Shown here: positions 53,688-64,000 of the stretch, piece by piece
Layout: the number at the start of each line of letters is the position of its first letter
How positions within the stretch are numbered: position 1 is the stretch's first letter
Assembly (NCBI GenBank): GCA_963745025.1
Contig: CAVUWD010000006.1
Coordinates: 384,001 to 448,000 of the forward strand
Length of the DNA stretch: 64,000 nucleotides
Origin: an uncultured delta proteobacterium
GTDB taxonomy: Bacteria > Desulfobacterota > Binatia > JACPRU01
Direction of reading: 5' to 3'
Position numbers and translations under genes: made by a program
The notes under the pieces: model-generated
Told to the model about the DNA's origin: nothing
Database searches by the model: none
The model's input: the letters and a program-made list of their open reading frames with translations, nothing else

Positions 53688-54248
53688 CTACCCCCGCGCG
53701 AGCCCGAGGTGGTGGAATGCCACGACGACCAGCGCATGGCTGATGACGCCCTGACGGATGAGGTCCGGAATCTCGTCGAGCGGGGCGAGCACCACCTCGC
53801 ACTCTTCCGTGCTGTCGAACGAGGCGACGCTTTTGAGCTCCACGTTGCGCGCCAAGAACGAGTGGCACCGGTTCGTCTGGATCGCGGGATTCGGATGGAT
53901 AACGCCGAGGGGCACCACGTCATCGCTGTCGTAGCCGGTCTCTTCCTGCATCTCGCGCCGCGCCGCCTCGAGCGGTGATACGTCCTCCGCATCCACCATC
54001 CCGCCTGGGACCTCGAGGGTGAACTGATCGATGCCGTGGCGGTACTGGCGCACCATCACGACGCGCTGGTCGGCAGTCAGCGGGACGATGTTCACCCAAT
54101 CGGACGAATCGAGGACGTAGAAGTCGTGCAGCTCACCGGTTCTCGGGGAGCGCCGACGATGCTCGGTGACGGAGAAGACGCGGCAGTCATACACCGCGGA
54201 GGCCTCGAGCGTTTCCCAAGGGAGAAGGTTTTGCGGCTTGCGAGTCAT
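53688..54248 (-). CDS. NUDIX hydrolase (ADP-ribose pyrophosphatase-like)
   Basis: VRQYRHG, EVPGG.VD...AARREMQEETGY Nudix box. Confidence 0.92.
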   Translation of the reverse strand: MTRKPQNLLPWETLEASAVYDCRVFSVTEHRRRSPRTGELHDFYVLDSSDWVNIVPLTADQRVVMVRQYRHGIDQFTLEVPGGMVDAEDVSPLEAARREMQEETGYDSDDVVPLGVIHPNPAIQTNRCHSFLARNVELKSVASFDSTEECEVVLAPLDEIPDLIRQGVISHALVVVAFHHLGLARG

Positions 54249-54489
54249 CGCGACCACCTCGTTGTCCGACGATAGCAGAGGCGGCTCGGACGATCAGCCA
54301 GAGACGCGCGAGCGTGCTGCGCCGTTTGCAAGCCCCCGTGCGCCGCGAGATCGATGAGCCTCACCTCCGCCTTCCGCCAGAGGCCGGTCAGGAAGCCGCT
54401 GGTGCCGGCGTCGCCGAAGCGTTTCGCTGCTCCTCGCCGATGCCGATGTTAGGTTTCATTCGTCCTCTCCTTTCGGGTTGCCCGCAGGG

Positions 54490-55224
54490 CTACGAAGCCC
54501 AAGCGCTCCGTGCGCGGGTGAGCAGCCCGTCGTCGCTCGAGCGGCGGATCTCGGCGGCGGTCTCGATTTCTCCCACGGCGGACCGAAGCGGCCAGATTCG
54601 GCAGGTGAGACGGTCACCAGCGCGCGCCTCGTCGAGGTACTCGAGGTCGTGGCGTCGCGCACCGAGCCCGTTGCCGGCCATGGCGCGGCGCGCCGCCTCG
54701 AGGTAATCGAAGTACTTGGCGTTGTTTACGTGATCGAGCGCGTCGAGGTCGGCGGCATCGACGACGAGCTCGACGGCGAATGCGTCGGCAGGAGCATCCG
54801 GAAGCTCCAGCGTCGGGCGCGGGAGCGGGGGCACGTCGCCTTCGGGCACGAACGCGCGCATCATCTCGTCGGGAATCCGCCGCGGCCGGCCCGACGCTGC
54901 GTCCACGTACACCCAGTCGGTGTGTGCGGTCAGCATCCCGACCAGTTCGCCCGGCACGCGCACCGTGTATTCGCGGCGCGACCGCACGCGGCGGAAGTCG
55001 GCGACCCACGTCGCGATCTCCAGCTCGACGCCGCGCGGAATCGCCATCGGGCACTCGATCGTGGAGCGGCGGATGACCCAAGCCGTAGCGTGCCCAGCGT
55101 ACCACTCCGGCGGATAGCCTGCGTCCGCCGAGGCCAGCGTCGCGGATTCCTCGAGCAGGCGCGCGTAAACGGCGAAGCCCGCCTGCGGCGGAAGCGAGCG
55201 ACGGAACGAGAATCGCCGCGCCAT
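54490..55224 (-). CDS. Acyl-ACP thioesterase-like double-hotdog protein
   Basis: WVIRRS.IE, TWV..FRR.RSRREY, TDWVYVD...GRPRRIP, DLDALDHVNNAKY. Confidence 0.82.
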   Translation of the reverse strand: MARRFSFRRSLPPQAGFAVYARLLEESATLASADAGYPPEWYAGHATAWVIRRSTIECPMAIPRGVELEIATWVADFRRVRSRREYTVRVPGELVGMLTAHTDWVYVDAASGRPRRIPDEMMRAFVPEGDVPPLPRPTLELPDAPADAFAVELVVDAADLDALDHVNNAKYFDYLEAARRAMAGNGLGARRHDLEYLDEARAGDRLTCRIWPLRSAVGEIETAAEIRRSSDDGLLTRARSAWAS

Positions 55225-55229
55225 CCCGC

Positions 55230-56429
55230 TCACGCCGACTCCTCGATCGCTCGTGCGAGAATCGCGAGGCCGCACTCGATCTCGGCTTCGCCGATCACAA
55301 GCGGAGGCGCCAGCCGGATCACCCGATCGCGGTGAAGCGTCCAGTTGAGGATCAGGCCGTGTGCGAACGACCGCTCGGTGATCCGGCGGGTGAAGCGCGC
55401 GTCGTCGAACTCCAGGCCGACAAGTAGGCCGACACCGCGGACGTCGACGAGGTGGCCCTGCCACGCGAGCGCGCGGAGACCCGCCTGGAGCATGGCGCCG
55501 AGCACCTCCGCCCGCTCCCAGAGCCGCCCGCGCTCGAGCACTTCGAGTGCCGCGAGACCCGCCGCGCACGAGACCGGGTGGCCGCCGAACGTCGTCACGT
55601 GAGCAAGCGGCGGATCGCTCGCCAGCGTCGCCAGGATCTCGGGCGCCGCCACGAACGCGCCGAGCGGCATGCCGCCACCGAGGGCCTTGGCCAGCACCAG
55701 CAGATCCGGCGTCACGTCGAAGCGCTCGAAGGCGAAGCGCCGTCCGGCGCGGCCGAAGCCGGTCAGCACCTCGTCGAGGACGAGCAAGGCGCCGACCTCC
55801 GTCGTCCGTCGACGAACCTCGCGAAGGTAGCCGGCCGGAGGGATGCGCACGCCGCCCTCGCCCTGCACGGGTTCGATCACCACGGCCGCCGTCTCGCGGT
55901 CGATGGCACCGAGCGCGCCGTGATCGCCGAACGGCAGCCGCTCGACCCGCGGCAGCAGCGGCTCAAACGGACCCCGGTAGAGCGCGTTGCCGCCGAGCGA
56001 CAGCGCGCCGAGCGTGTCCCCGTGAAAGGCACCCTCGAAGGCGATGAGCTTGGCCCGGCCCGTGTGTTTGCGCGCGGTCTTTAGCGCGCCCTCGATCGCC
56101 TCGGCGCCGCTGTTCACGAAGTAGACCATCGACAGCGGCGCGGGCAACAGCGCGGCGAGCCGCGCGGCCAGCCGCACCTGCGGCTCCTCGACGTACTCAC
56201 CGTAGACCATCGCGTGCAGGTAGCGGCCTGCCTGCTCCCGCACCGCCGCGACCACCTCCGGATGCCCGTGGCCGACGTTGGCGACGCCCATGCCGGAAAG
56301 AAAATCGAGGTATGTGCGGCCGTGACGGTCGGTCACGGTCGAGCCTTCCGCGTTCGCGATCTCGAGCCCGAGCGGGGCCGCCGAGGTCTGCGCCACGTGG
56401 CGGCGAAAGAGCACGTCGAGCTCGCTCAT
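55230..56429 (-). CDS. Class III PLP aminotransferase
   Basis: YLDFLSG.GV.NVGH, NSGAEA.EGA.K, FHG, EPVQGEGG, DEV.TGFGR, PLP Lys in LAKALGGG, TTFGGHP. Confidence 0.93.
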   Translation of the reverse strand: MSELDVLFRRHVAQTSAAPLGLEIANAEGSTVTDRHGRTYLDFLSGMGVANVGHGHPEVVAAVREQAGRYLHAMVYGEYVEEPQVRLAARLAALLPAPLSMVYFVNSGAEAIEGALKTARKHTGRAKLIAFEGAFHGDTLGALSLGGNALYRGPFEPLLPRVERLPFGDHGALGAIDRETAAVVIEPVQGEGGVRIPPAGYLREVRRRTTEVGALLVLDEVLTGFGRAGRRFAFERFDVTPDLLVLAKALGGGMPLGAFVAAPEILATLASDPPLAHVTTFGGHPVSCAAGLAALEVLERGRLWERAEVLGAMLQAGLRALAWQGHLVDVRGVGLLVGLEFDDARFTRRITERSFAHGLILNWTLHRDRVIRLAPPLVIGEAEIECGLAILARAIEESA

Positions 56430-56902
56430 TCGCTCTCGAAGAGCCGGCGGGCCTGCGCCGTGCGCAGCCAGAGGATCGCGAGCAGCGGAAACACGAGATC
56501 CCAGATGTCGCCGCCGACGAGGAGTAGGCGGAGCTTGATGGCGATCGCCAGCGCGGGATCCTTGTGACCCGGCCCGATCGTGAAGTTGAGCACGGTGTAG
56601 AGGACCGTCGCCGCGAGCGACAGCGCCGACAGCGAAAGAACGGCCATCCGAGCGCGCGGCTCGAAGCGGCGCAGGCGCTGGGACGAAGTCAGGAGCAGCG
56701 TATAGAAGAGAACCTGCGGGATCCAGTAGAGAGTGCGGCTGCTGTCGGCGTCCGTGCCCCCAACTGCCACCAGCGCCGAAACGTAGGCGAGCGCGCTCGC
56801 GGTGACCTTGATCGCCGAAAACACGACGAGCAACAGCGCCAGGAAAAGCAGCTGCGCACGCAGTTCTTCGTCTGCGTGCTCCGCTTCCGGCGAAGGCTTC
56901 AC
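56426..56902 (-). CDS. Small multi-TM membrane protein
   Basis: About 4 hydrophobic helices; GTGA and ATGA overlaps with both neighbours. Confidence 0.75.
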   Translation of the reverse strand: MKPSPEAEHADEELRAQLLFLALLLVVFSAIKVTASALAYVSALVAVGGTDADSSRTLYWIPQVLFYTLLLTSSQRLRRFEPRARMAVLSLSALSLAATVLYTVLNFTIGPGHKDPALAIAIKLRLLLVGGDIWDLVFPLLAILWLRTAQARRLFESE

Positions 56903-58185
56903 CTCTGCTTCCCTAGGATGATTCCCGCCATCGGATCCAGTCCTCCCTGCCGCCAGTCGAGACCCGGGGCCTGCATGTGTCCGAGCGCTGCGATCCGGGG
57001 AACGCCGAGCGCTTCGAGCGATGCGCCGGTCTCGGCATCGGGCCATGGACCCATACCGACACATTCGACACGCGGCAACCACTCGCCGACCGCGTGGCGG
57101 AGGTCTCCGATCGTTTCGAGCGGGCGCACGAAGATCGTCCGGTGGAGCGGGCTCGGCCGGAAGCCGGCGGTCGGATCGTCGAGAATCGTCCAGCTCCTGC
57201 CGGCGCGGAGCGATACGCCCCCGCCGCCGAGCTCGCGCCATTCGTACTCGTCACGCAGCCGTCGAATGGCGACGGCGTCACCCTCGCCAAGCACGCCGCG
57301 TGGCCAGCGACATTCGGCCTCTTCCAGAGCTTCGGCCAGACACTCGACGAACTCACGACGCCGCGACGGCTCGGCTCCGACCACGTAGAGCGTCTGCGGC
57401 GATAGGCAGCCGAGCTGGTCGTAGAGCGCCACGTCGACCGCCGCGGCCGCGGCCAGCGACTGGACGTCGCTTGCCCGATCGAGACGAACGAGAGCGATGC
57501 TCAGCTTGTGGCCGAAGCCAACGAACCGCCCGCTTCTTCTCGCCGCGAGCGCGGCGACCGCTACGTCCGAGCCGTAGGCGACGAGCGAATCGACGCCGCG
57601 CACGAGCGCTTCCTCGCCGCCGCCGGATCCTCCTTCCCACCAGCTGACCGCGAGCGCCGAGGCGAGCGATGGAGCGATCGCACCGAGCGCTTCGGCGAAG
57701 AGCGCGGTGAGAAGCGGCTCCCCGGCCGCGGTCTTCACCACGCAAGAGGCCCCCGCCGTCAGCGCGAGCGCCGTCTTGAGGAGCGCGACACCGGGGATGT
57801 TTCCCGCCGCGACGATTCCGAAGAGGCCCACGACCTGCTTTGCCGGCCTCGCGATCGCCGCGAGAGTCTGCGCGTCCGCGAGCGGTGCGAAGACGCGCGG
57901 CAGAGTCTCCTCGATCATCGCCCGCGAGAAGCCGGTCACGTCGGGCAGCGCCCCGAGCGCGCGAAGCCGCAATCGATCGTCGGGATCGAGAAACCGTCGA
58001 GCCGCAGCGGCCACCGCAGCCGCGCGATCGCCGGGTTCTCCGTGCGCCACACGACTGCGCAACCGTGCGAGCAGCTCCCGCATCTCATCGGCGGAAAGCT
58101 CTGCGACCGCTAGCGCGAGCGTGCCGAATGCGGCCGGCCGCGTGCGGACCCGCTCCAGCGCGGGCAGATGAAAGGCGCGCTCCAT
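56899..58185 (-). CDS. LuxC-like acyl-CoA/acyl-protein reductase
   Basis: AAGNIPG, VAYGSD, FGHKLS, catalytic Cys in YDQLGCLSPQ, LGHMQAP. Confidence 0.88.
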   Translation of the reverse strand: MERAFHLPALERVRTRPAAFGTLALAVAELSADEMRELLARLRSRVAHGEPGDRAAAVAAAARRFLDPDDRLRLRALGALPDVTGFSRAMIEETLPRVFAPLADAQTLAAIARPAKQVVGLFGIVAAGNIPGVALLKTALALTAGASCVVKTAAGEPLLTALFAEALGAIAPSLASALAVSWWEGGSGGGEEALVRGVDSLVAYGSDVAVAALAARRSGRFVGFGHKLSIALVRLDRASDVQSLAAAAAVDVALYDQLGCLSPQTLYVVGAEPSRRREFVECLAEALEEAECRWPRGVLGEGDAVAIRRLRDEYEWRELGGGGVSLRAGRSWTILDDPTAGFRPSPLHRTIFVRPLETIGDLRHAVGEWLPRVECVGMGPWPDAETGASLEALGVPRIAALGHMQAPGLDWRQGGLDPMAGIILGKQR

Positions 58186-58191
58186 CGAGCG

Positions 58192-59253
58192 CTACGCCAC
58201 TTGCTCGAGGAGCAGCGCGCAGCCTCGCGCCTCGGCGCCGCTCGCGCGGCCGACGACTTCGAACCCCTCGCCGACCTCGATGCCCACGTCCTCGGTTTGG
58301 AGAGCGAGCACCGAGCCGACGTTGGCGAGATCGAAGTGGCGGAGAAGACCTCGCTCGCCGCGCGGCACAGGCTCGAACGTCTGCGGTGACATCACCCGCG
58401 TGCGCGCCCACTCCGGCGCGAGCTTCGCGCGGTCTCGCTTGCGGCCGGCGAAGTGGTTCTGGATCGAATCGTCGTAGAACTGCGAGCACATCTCGGTCAT
58501 GCCGTACTCGTTCGCCACGTAGTAGCCGGGCACGCCGAAGTAGTCCCAGAACGCGCGCAGTAGGCCGTTGCGCGACAGCGAACGGCTCTTCCCTTTGGTT
58601 CCTCCGGTATCGACGATCCGCGACCCATAGGGCAGACGAAAGCGAGCGCTGCTCGCCTGGCAGCGGTCGATGAAGCGGATGAACGCATACGTGAGGCCGA
58701 TCAAGAGAACCGGCTCGCGCGTCGGCTCGCACTCACGGAGCCGCCGTTCGAGCGCCTCGGCCTGAACCTCGCCGCGGACGACGAAGCATTCGGGCGGGCC
58801 GGCGGCAAACGATTCCGCGAGCCACTCGATCATCTGGCAGAGCGAGGACTGCGGCTGCTCGGCGAGCGTCGGAGCGAGGACCAGGAAATGCGGCCGCGCA
58901 CCATCGGGAAGAACACAGCGCGCGAAGTGAGCCAGCGCGGCGGCTCGGTAGATCGAGGGATCAGGCACGCGATGGCGACCTCGCTGCCTGGCACCTTCGG
59001 TCGTGCCGCTGGTCACGAACACACTCCCCTCGGGGAGACCGCTGACGACGAGCTCCGCTCGCTTGAACGCGGACACGGGCACAGCCGGGATCTCGGTCCA
59101 GTCCGTGACGTTCGCCGGCGTCCCGCCGCGGCGATCGCAGAAGCGCCGGTAGGGCACATTCCGCTCGTACTGGAAGCGGAAGAGCGCGAGCGCGAGGTCC
59201 GGAAAGCGGGCCGGATCGGGCGCGCCGATGAACTCACGCACCGCGGAAAACAT
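58192..59253 (-). CDS. LuxE-like acyl-protein synthetase
   Basis: FRFQY..N.PYRRFC, VPV.AFK, TSGTT, DTGGTKG, NEYGMTE, QTED.G, GR..GAE.RGC (acyl-acceptor Cys). Confidence 0.88.
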   Translation of the reverse strand: MFSAVREFIGAPDPARFPDLALALFRFQYERNVPYRRFCDRRGGTPANVTDWTEIPAVPVSAFKRAELVVSGLPEGSVFVTSGTTEGARQRGRHRVPDPSIYRAAALAHFARCVLPDGARPHFLVLAPTLAEQPQSSLCQMIEWLAESFAAGPPECFVVRGEVQAEALERRLRECEPTREPVLLIGLTYAFIRFIDRCQASSARFRLPYGSRIVDTGGTKGKSRSLSRNGLLRAFWDYFGVPGYYVANEYGMTEMCSQFYDDSIQNHFAGRKRDRAKLAPEWARTRVMSPQTFEPVPRGERGLLRHFDLANVGSVLALQTEDVGIEVGEGFEVVGRASGAEARGCALLLEQVA

Positions 59254-59525
59254 CCCTCCCGATATGCGGAGCGGCTCGATTCGAAGTCAAGGAGGTGCCA
59301 CGCGCGCGACGGGGAAACCACGGCCGCAGGAGGAGCATCGAATCCGGCGTGAGGAGCCTTTCCGAAAACGGACCATCCACCTGGCGCAAGTCGATCTTCG
59401 ACGTCAGGATCGCCGGATGCCGCGCTGGCTTGGAAGGACCGATCTCGGCCGGGTCACGCTGGCCGCGAAGCGCTACCGGAGCCGGCGTCCCCTGCCCACG
59501 CCGATGCACCTCGGGCGTGAGAGGC

Positions 59526-62500
59526 TCACGCCCGTACCCACCGCTCGTAGATCTTCGGCAGCTCGGTCGGCAGCGACGAGACGTCCTCGATCACCAGGTA
59601 CCGCGAGGTCTCGCACATCTGGCGGAGATAATCGTGTCCCGTCTTGTCGACGGTGATGCAGAAGGGCGTGATACCGGCGGCCTCGGCATTCCTGGAGGGC
59701 GACCATCGTGTCCTGGATGCCGTACGCGTTGCGAGCGGCGATCGTTCCCGTAGTCGAAGTCCTGCGGAAAGCCATCGGAGAGGAGGAAGAGGTGCTTGGA
59801 GCGCGTCGTCAGGTTCGCCATCTTCGCCCGCGCGTGGCGAAGCGCCGGCCCCATGCGCGTCGAGCGCCTCGGCTCGATGCCACCGATGCGGCCGCGCACG
59901 CGAGCGGTCAAGCGCCTCCTGGAAACGCTTCACGAGATAGAACTCGACGTTGTCCCTCCCCTGTCCGGAGAAGCCGTAGACGGCGTAGCGATCGCCGAGC
60001 TCTTCGAGCGCCTCGGCCATGATCACCAGCGCCTCCTTCGTCACGTCGATGATGCGCCGCTCGCTCCCGCGCGTGCCGCACGCGGTGGCGGGACGCCCCG
60101 CGGGCTCGGCAGACTTCGGCTGCAGCGGCTCGTCGGTCGACGCGCTCATGTCGAGGAGAAAGAGCGTCGCCACGTCGCGCTCCTCGCGCGACGCGCGACG
60201 TAGAGGCGGGTCGAGGGCGCACGGCGCGCGCGGAGCTCGACGCGCGCTTCGACGACCGCGTTCAGATCGAAGTCCTCGCCGTCCTCGAGGCCGCGCACCT
60301 TGCGATAGCGTCTCGGGGCGAAGCCGCTGGAACTGGCGGCGAACTTCGGGAAGCAGGTCGGCGTAGCGGGCGAGCGTGTCCTGGAAGAACTCGCCCGCAT
60401 CGCCCGCCGAGGTGGATTTCCTCGAGATGGCACCAGCGGCTGCGGTAGTCGCGGATCTGGTAGTCCCACTCGTCGTAGTCGAATCCCGCGCGATCGGCCA
60501 CACCGCGCCGCCCGCGGCGCGTGCCGTCGTGGATCGACACCTCGCTCTCGCCTTCGTCTCGCCCTGGAGACTGCGGCAGCCGCAGGTCCCGCGCGAAGAT
60601 GCCGGCGCTCTCCACGGTCTCGGTCGAGCGCCCGACCTTGAGCACCGCGCCGGCCTCGAGCAGGCGCTTCAGCTCGTCGCCGGAAAGCGGCGTACCCGGT
60701 CCCTCTTCGTCGCTCTCCTCGACGGCCTTCGGCTCGAGATCGAGCACCTCCGTCGGCGGAGGCTTGTCTGCCGGCTCGTCGCCTTCCTCCGGCTCCGGGT
60801 CGAGAGCCGCGGCGCCGATCACCTTCTCGAACAAGAGCTCCTCGTATGTCGTCGCCGCACCGAAGCCCGATATCGCAATCGAGTCGGCGAGCCGTTCGCG
60901 AATCTGGATGGCGACCGCCAGCGCGTCATCGACGGTGGCGTCCGGGCTCCGGAGCACCGCGGCGACGAAGCCGACGAGCTCCGCCGGCAGCTCCTCGGTC
61001 GATAGCTCGGCCGGCGAAACGCCGGCGCCGATCAGGAAGAGAACGAGCTCGGCGCTTCGTCGCGCGCGCGGCACCCGCCGGGCGAGACGTTCGCTGATTC
61101 GGCCGAGCTCGGCGGCGTGGCCGCGATAGCTTCGGCGCATTCGACAATCGATGCGCGCGCCCTCGCAGGCGGCGAACAGCGGGATCAACGGATCGGCGTC
61201 GGGCACGGCCTCGAACAGATCGCCGAGCGTATCGCCGTTCACCAGGGCGGCGACCACGGATGCGAGCGGAGGCGGCAGCCGCGTCGACACCCGCCCGAGC
61301 GAGACGTCGTACGTGCCGTAGAGCAGCCGGCCCACGCCGCCCGCGGTCGCGAGCTTGAGGATCGAGAAGTTGTCCTCCCAAGACTGGAAGAAATCCACGT
61401 TGTCTGGCAGCGCGAGGCTCGCACCCTCTAGGCTCTCGCGGTCGAGAAATGCGCGCAGCGAGACGCCGTCCACGCCGCGGAGGGTCAGACTCTCGCCCGA
61501 GAGCATCCGCGCGTAGGAGCGGAGCACGCCGTGGATCTCTTCGAGACGAACCGCCGCGGAGTTCTCGCGCAAGAACCGAAGCGCCGTACGCGACTCGAGC
61601 GCGAAGTAGGCTCGCCCGGCGTCGAGATTGGCTTCGGCAAGCGCTTCCCCACGCTCGATCCAGCGCGGCAGCCGGCGCGGGCCCGCCTGTTCGAGCGCGC
61701 GCGGCAACGAGCGGACGAGCGGAACGACGCAGAGCGGAAGCCGAGCGCCGCTCTCGGCCACGCGCTCGAGGATCGCGGAGCGCGACGTCTCGGGAATCGA
61801 GCGCACGATCGCCTCGAGGAGCGGCACGAGCGCGAGCACCGCCTCTGCGTCGACCGCGGCCGGAACGAGCGCGCGGAGGAGCGGCGACCGTGCCGACGGA
61901 TCGATGCGAGCGAGCTCTGGCGGCAAGCCGGCGAAGAGGCTCGCCGCGGCGCGCGGCGCCCGCGGCGCGGCCGCCGCGCAGAGCTCGAAGAGGTTTGCTC
62001 GCTCCGCGGCCGACAGCAGCGCGATGCCGTCCGGCATCTTCTGGAAGAATCCTTGGCCGAGCTCGCGACCGACCTGCACCGCGGTGCCGAGCGTGGCCCA
62101 CCGCCGGATCTCTTCGTTGGACAGCACCGGCAGCACCGAGGCACCCGACGAAAAGAACGCTGCGGCCAAGAACTCCCCGCGCCAGCCGCTTCCGGAGGCG
62201 AGGCGCATGCCAGCCGCGGCCCATTCCTCGAGCCGCGCGCGCGCCTTTTCGTGAAGCCCCGGCAGCGCCGCGCCGCTGCCCTCGAGGAAGAGCGCCGCGA
62301 GCTTTCGCGACAGTCCCTGCACCGAGCCGGCAAGTGTGAGCCAGTGCGCGAGCAGCGGCCGGCTGCAGGACGCGATCGCCACGGGATCCAGACGCAGGAA
62401 CGCGGCGGCGGCCTCGCGATTGGCGAGCGCCCGCGAGGCGATGTCGACCGCTAGCTTCCCCCAGAGGGCGAAGCGCTCGCGGTCCATTCGTGCACGCGCG

Positions 62501-62685
62501 TGCGGTGCCCGTAGCGCATACGCCTGCGCCAGTGCGAGGCTCGTCTCGGCGAGCGCGTCGCCGAAATGAACGATCTCGCGCTGCTCCGCCTCGGGCAGGC
62601 GGCGAAACTTCGCGAGCGCCTCCGCACCGCCTTCCGCGCGCGCGAGGTGCGGGCTCCGCAGCCACTCGGCGCGCGACGGGCTCAT
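59526..62685 (-). CDS. Large NorD/CbbO-like VWA protein (3' part frameshifted)
   Basis: YDEWDY...[59 protein letters not shown]; ATGA-coupled to cbbQ. Confidence 0.85.
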
Positions 62686-63485
62686 GGAAATACGGTGGAA
62701 CAGAGCTCGTCGATCGCGCGCTCGGTCTCGGGGTCGTCCGACAGCGCCCGGGTCACCGCAGCCGCGCACGCCGCTCGGGCCGATACGCCCCGGCGCATGA
62801 GCCGCGCGGCGTAGATCAAGAGCCGCGTGCTCACCCCCTCCTCGAGGCCGCTCGCCTTCAGATTTCGCACCTTCTCGCCGAGCGCGGCGAGCTCGAGCGC
62901 CACGTCGGCGGTGATGCCGCTCTCGTGGGCGATGATCTCGGCCTCCTTGTCGCGCGGCGGATAGTTGAACTCGATCGCTACGAAGCGCTGGCGCGTCGAT
63001 GGCTTCAGATCCTTCAGCACGCTCTGGTAGCCGGGGTTGTAGGAGATCACGAGCAGGAAATCGCGGTGCGCCTGGAGGATCTCGCCGCGCTTGTCGATGG
63101 GCAGAATCCGCCGGTGATCGGTGAGCGGATGGATCAACACGGTCGTGTCCTTGCGCGCCTCGACGACCTCGTCGAGATAGCAGACCGCGCCGCTGCGCAC
63201 CGCCTGCGTGAGCGGCCCGTCGATCCACACCGTGTCGTCGCCCTTGATGAGATATCGGCCGACGAGGTCGCTGCCCGTCAGATCCTCGTGACAGGCGACG
63301 GTGATCAGGCCCGGCACGCCGTCCGCCGCTTCGCCGTGAAAGCGGCGAGTGACGTGCTCGATGAACCGCGTCTTGCCGCAGCCCGTCGGCCCCTTCAGTA
63401 ACACCGGCAGGCGGCACTCGAAGGCGGCGCGAAAGAGCTCGATCTCCTCGCCGATCGGAAGGTAGTAGGGAATGTGGCGGGTCAT
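62682..63485 (-). CDS. CbbQ/NirQ/NorQ-family MoxR AAA+ ATPase
   Basis: [62 protein letters not shown]. Confidence 0.95.
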   Translation of the reverse strand: MTRHIPYYLPIGEEIELFRAAFECRLPVLLKGPTGCGKTRFIEHVTRRFHGEAADGVPGLITVACHEDLTGSDLVGRYLIKGDDTVWIDGPLTQAVRSGAVCYLDEVVEARKDTTVLIHPLTDHRRILPIDKRGEILQAHRDFLLVISYNPGYQSVLKDLKPSTRQRFVAIEFNYPPRDKEAEIIAHESGITADVALELAALGEKVRNLKASGLEEGVSTRLLIYAARLMRRGVSARAACAAAVTRALSDDPETERAIDELCSTVFP

Positions 63486-63494
63486 GCCTTCGGA

Positions 63495-63563
63495 GGCTAC
63501 CGGCTTCCGGCTACCGGCTTCCGGAAGAGACTTCGCGGCGTCTCTTTGCGGTAGTCGGTAGCC
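63495..63563. repeat. Intergenic 7-bp tandem/inverted repeat hairpin
   Basis: (GGCTACC-GGCTTCC)x2 ... GGTAGTC-GGTAGCC. Confidence 0.7.
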
Positions 63564-63574
63564 GTCTTCTCCTC

Positions 63575-64000
63575 TCATTTCGTGCTCACCGTCATCATCA
63601 CTTGACCGCTCGGGTCGTCGACGAGCTCGAGTGCGCCCATCCCCGCGAGACCGCTCTGGCGCTTCGCGCTGTCGAGGTCGCCCTGCAGGCGGTCGAGAAA
63701 CTTCGTACGCGCCATCTCCGGCATCCCCTGCATGGGAAAATCTCGGAGGCGCACTCGGCCGGCGCTCGGCGACGACCACTCGAATCGCACGATCTTCGGA
63801 CCGACGATGGGATGGCTCCGAAGGCTCGCCTCGACGAGACCCTGAAAACTCTTCGGCTCCGTCGAGCCGGTCGGCTCCGACGCCCCTTTTCCTCCTTCCG
63901 CACGATCGATCATCGCCTGGATCTCTGCGCGCGTTCGCTCGTCGGGTGCGAGCGCGAGCGCGTGACCGAGCGCCTCGCGGGCCTTCGGCGTGTCGCCTGT
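63575..64000 (-). CDS. 3' end of a hypothetical protein (possibly TPR-containing), runs off the window
   Basis: Open frame to the window edge: [19 protein letters not shown]...[18 protein letters not shown]. Confidence 0.6.
   Translation of the reverse strand, partial: TGDTPKAREALGHALALAPDERTRAEIQAMIDRAEGGKGASEPTGSTEPKSFQGLVEASLRSHPIVGPKIVRFEWSSPSAGRVRLRDFPMQGMPEMARTKFLDRLQGDLDSAKRQSGLAGMGALELVDDPSGQVMMTVSTK

Noticed and set aside
56899-59253. Bioluminescence (lux) operon
   Set aside because: There are no luxA/luxB, luxD or luxG genes; only the reductase and synthetase homologs are present.

Overview
This is high-GC bacterial chromosomal DNA. Gene order and protein style suggest a deltaproteobacterial-like lineage such as Ca. 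Binatota, which is inference only. Local clusters of indels look like long-read consensus errors. The core blocks are apbC, priA-def-fmt-rpe-tRNA-Pro, plsY, glnB-glnA, and the conserved kdsB-pyrG-kdsA-kdsD / lptCAB-rpoN-hpf-ptsN-hprK-rapZ-EIIA-ptsH-metK-ahcY run, which is split by an inverted acoABC-like + ArnT block. The accessory regions hold the most interesting features. (1) 1.1-7.5 kb is a lower-GC island with a deviant FabF-type ketosynthase, an ACP, a DUF374-type acyltransferase, two paralogous membrane histidine kinases and a divergent receiver-kinase that appears to start at CTG. It is a candidate lipid-signal synthase plus receptor system. (2) 37.9-39.4 kb is an integrase-less integron cassette array with two complete attC sites. 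It carries BrnT/BrnA, a ParE remnant and an uncharacterised coupled gene pair that may be a new toxin-antitoxin system. (3) 40-46 kb holds a GYD-acyltransferase fusion and a class III-type PHA cluster. (4) 54.5-59.3 kb is a tightly coupled luxE-luxC-membrane protein-class III aminotransferase-acyl-ACP thioesterase operon with no luciferase, a candidate fatty-amine pathway. (5) A CbbQ/NorQ ATPase and large NorD-like VWA pair has no visible client. No CRISPR array, rRNA, integrase or transposase was seen.
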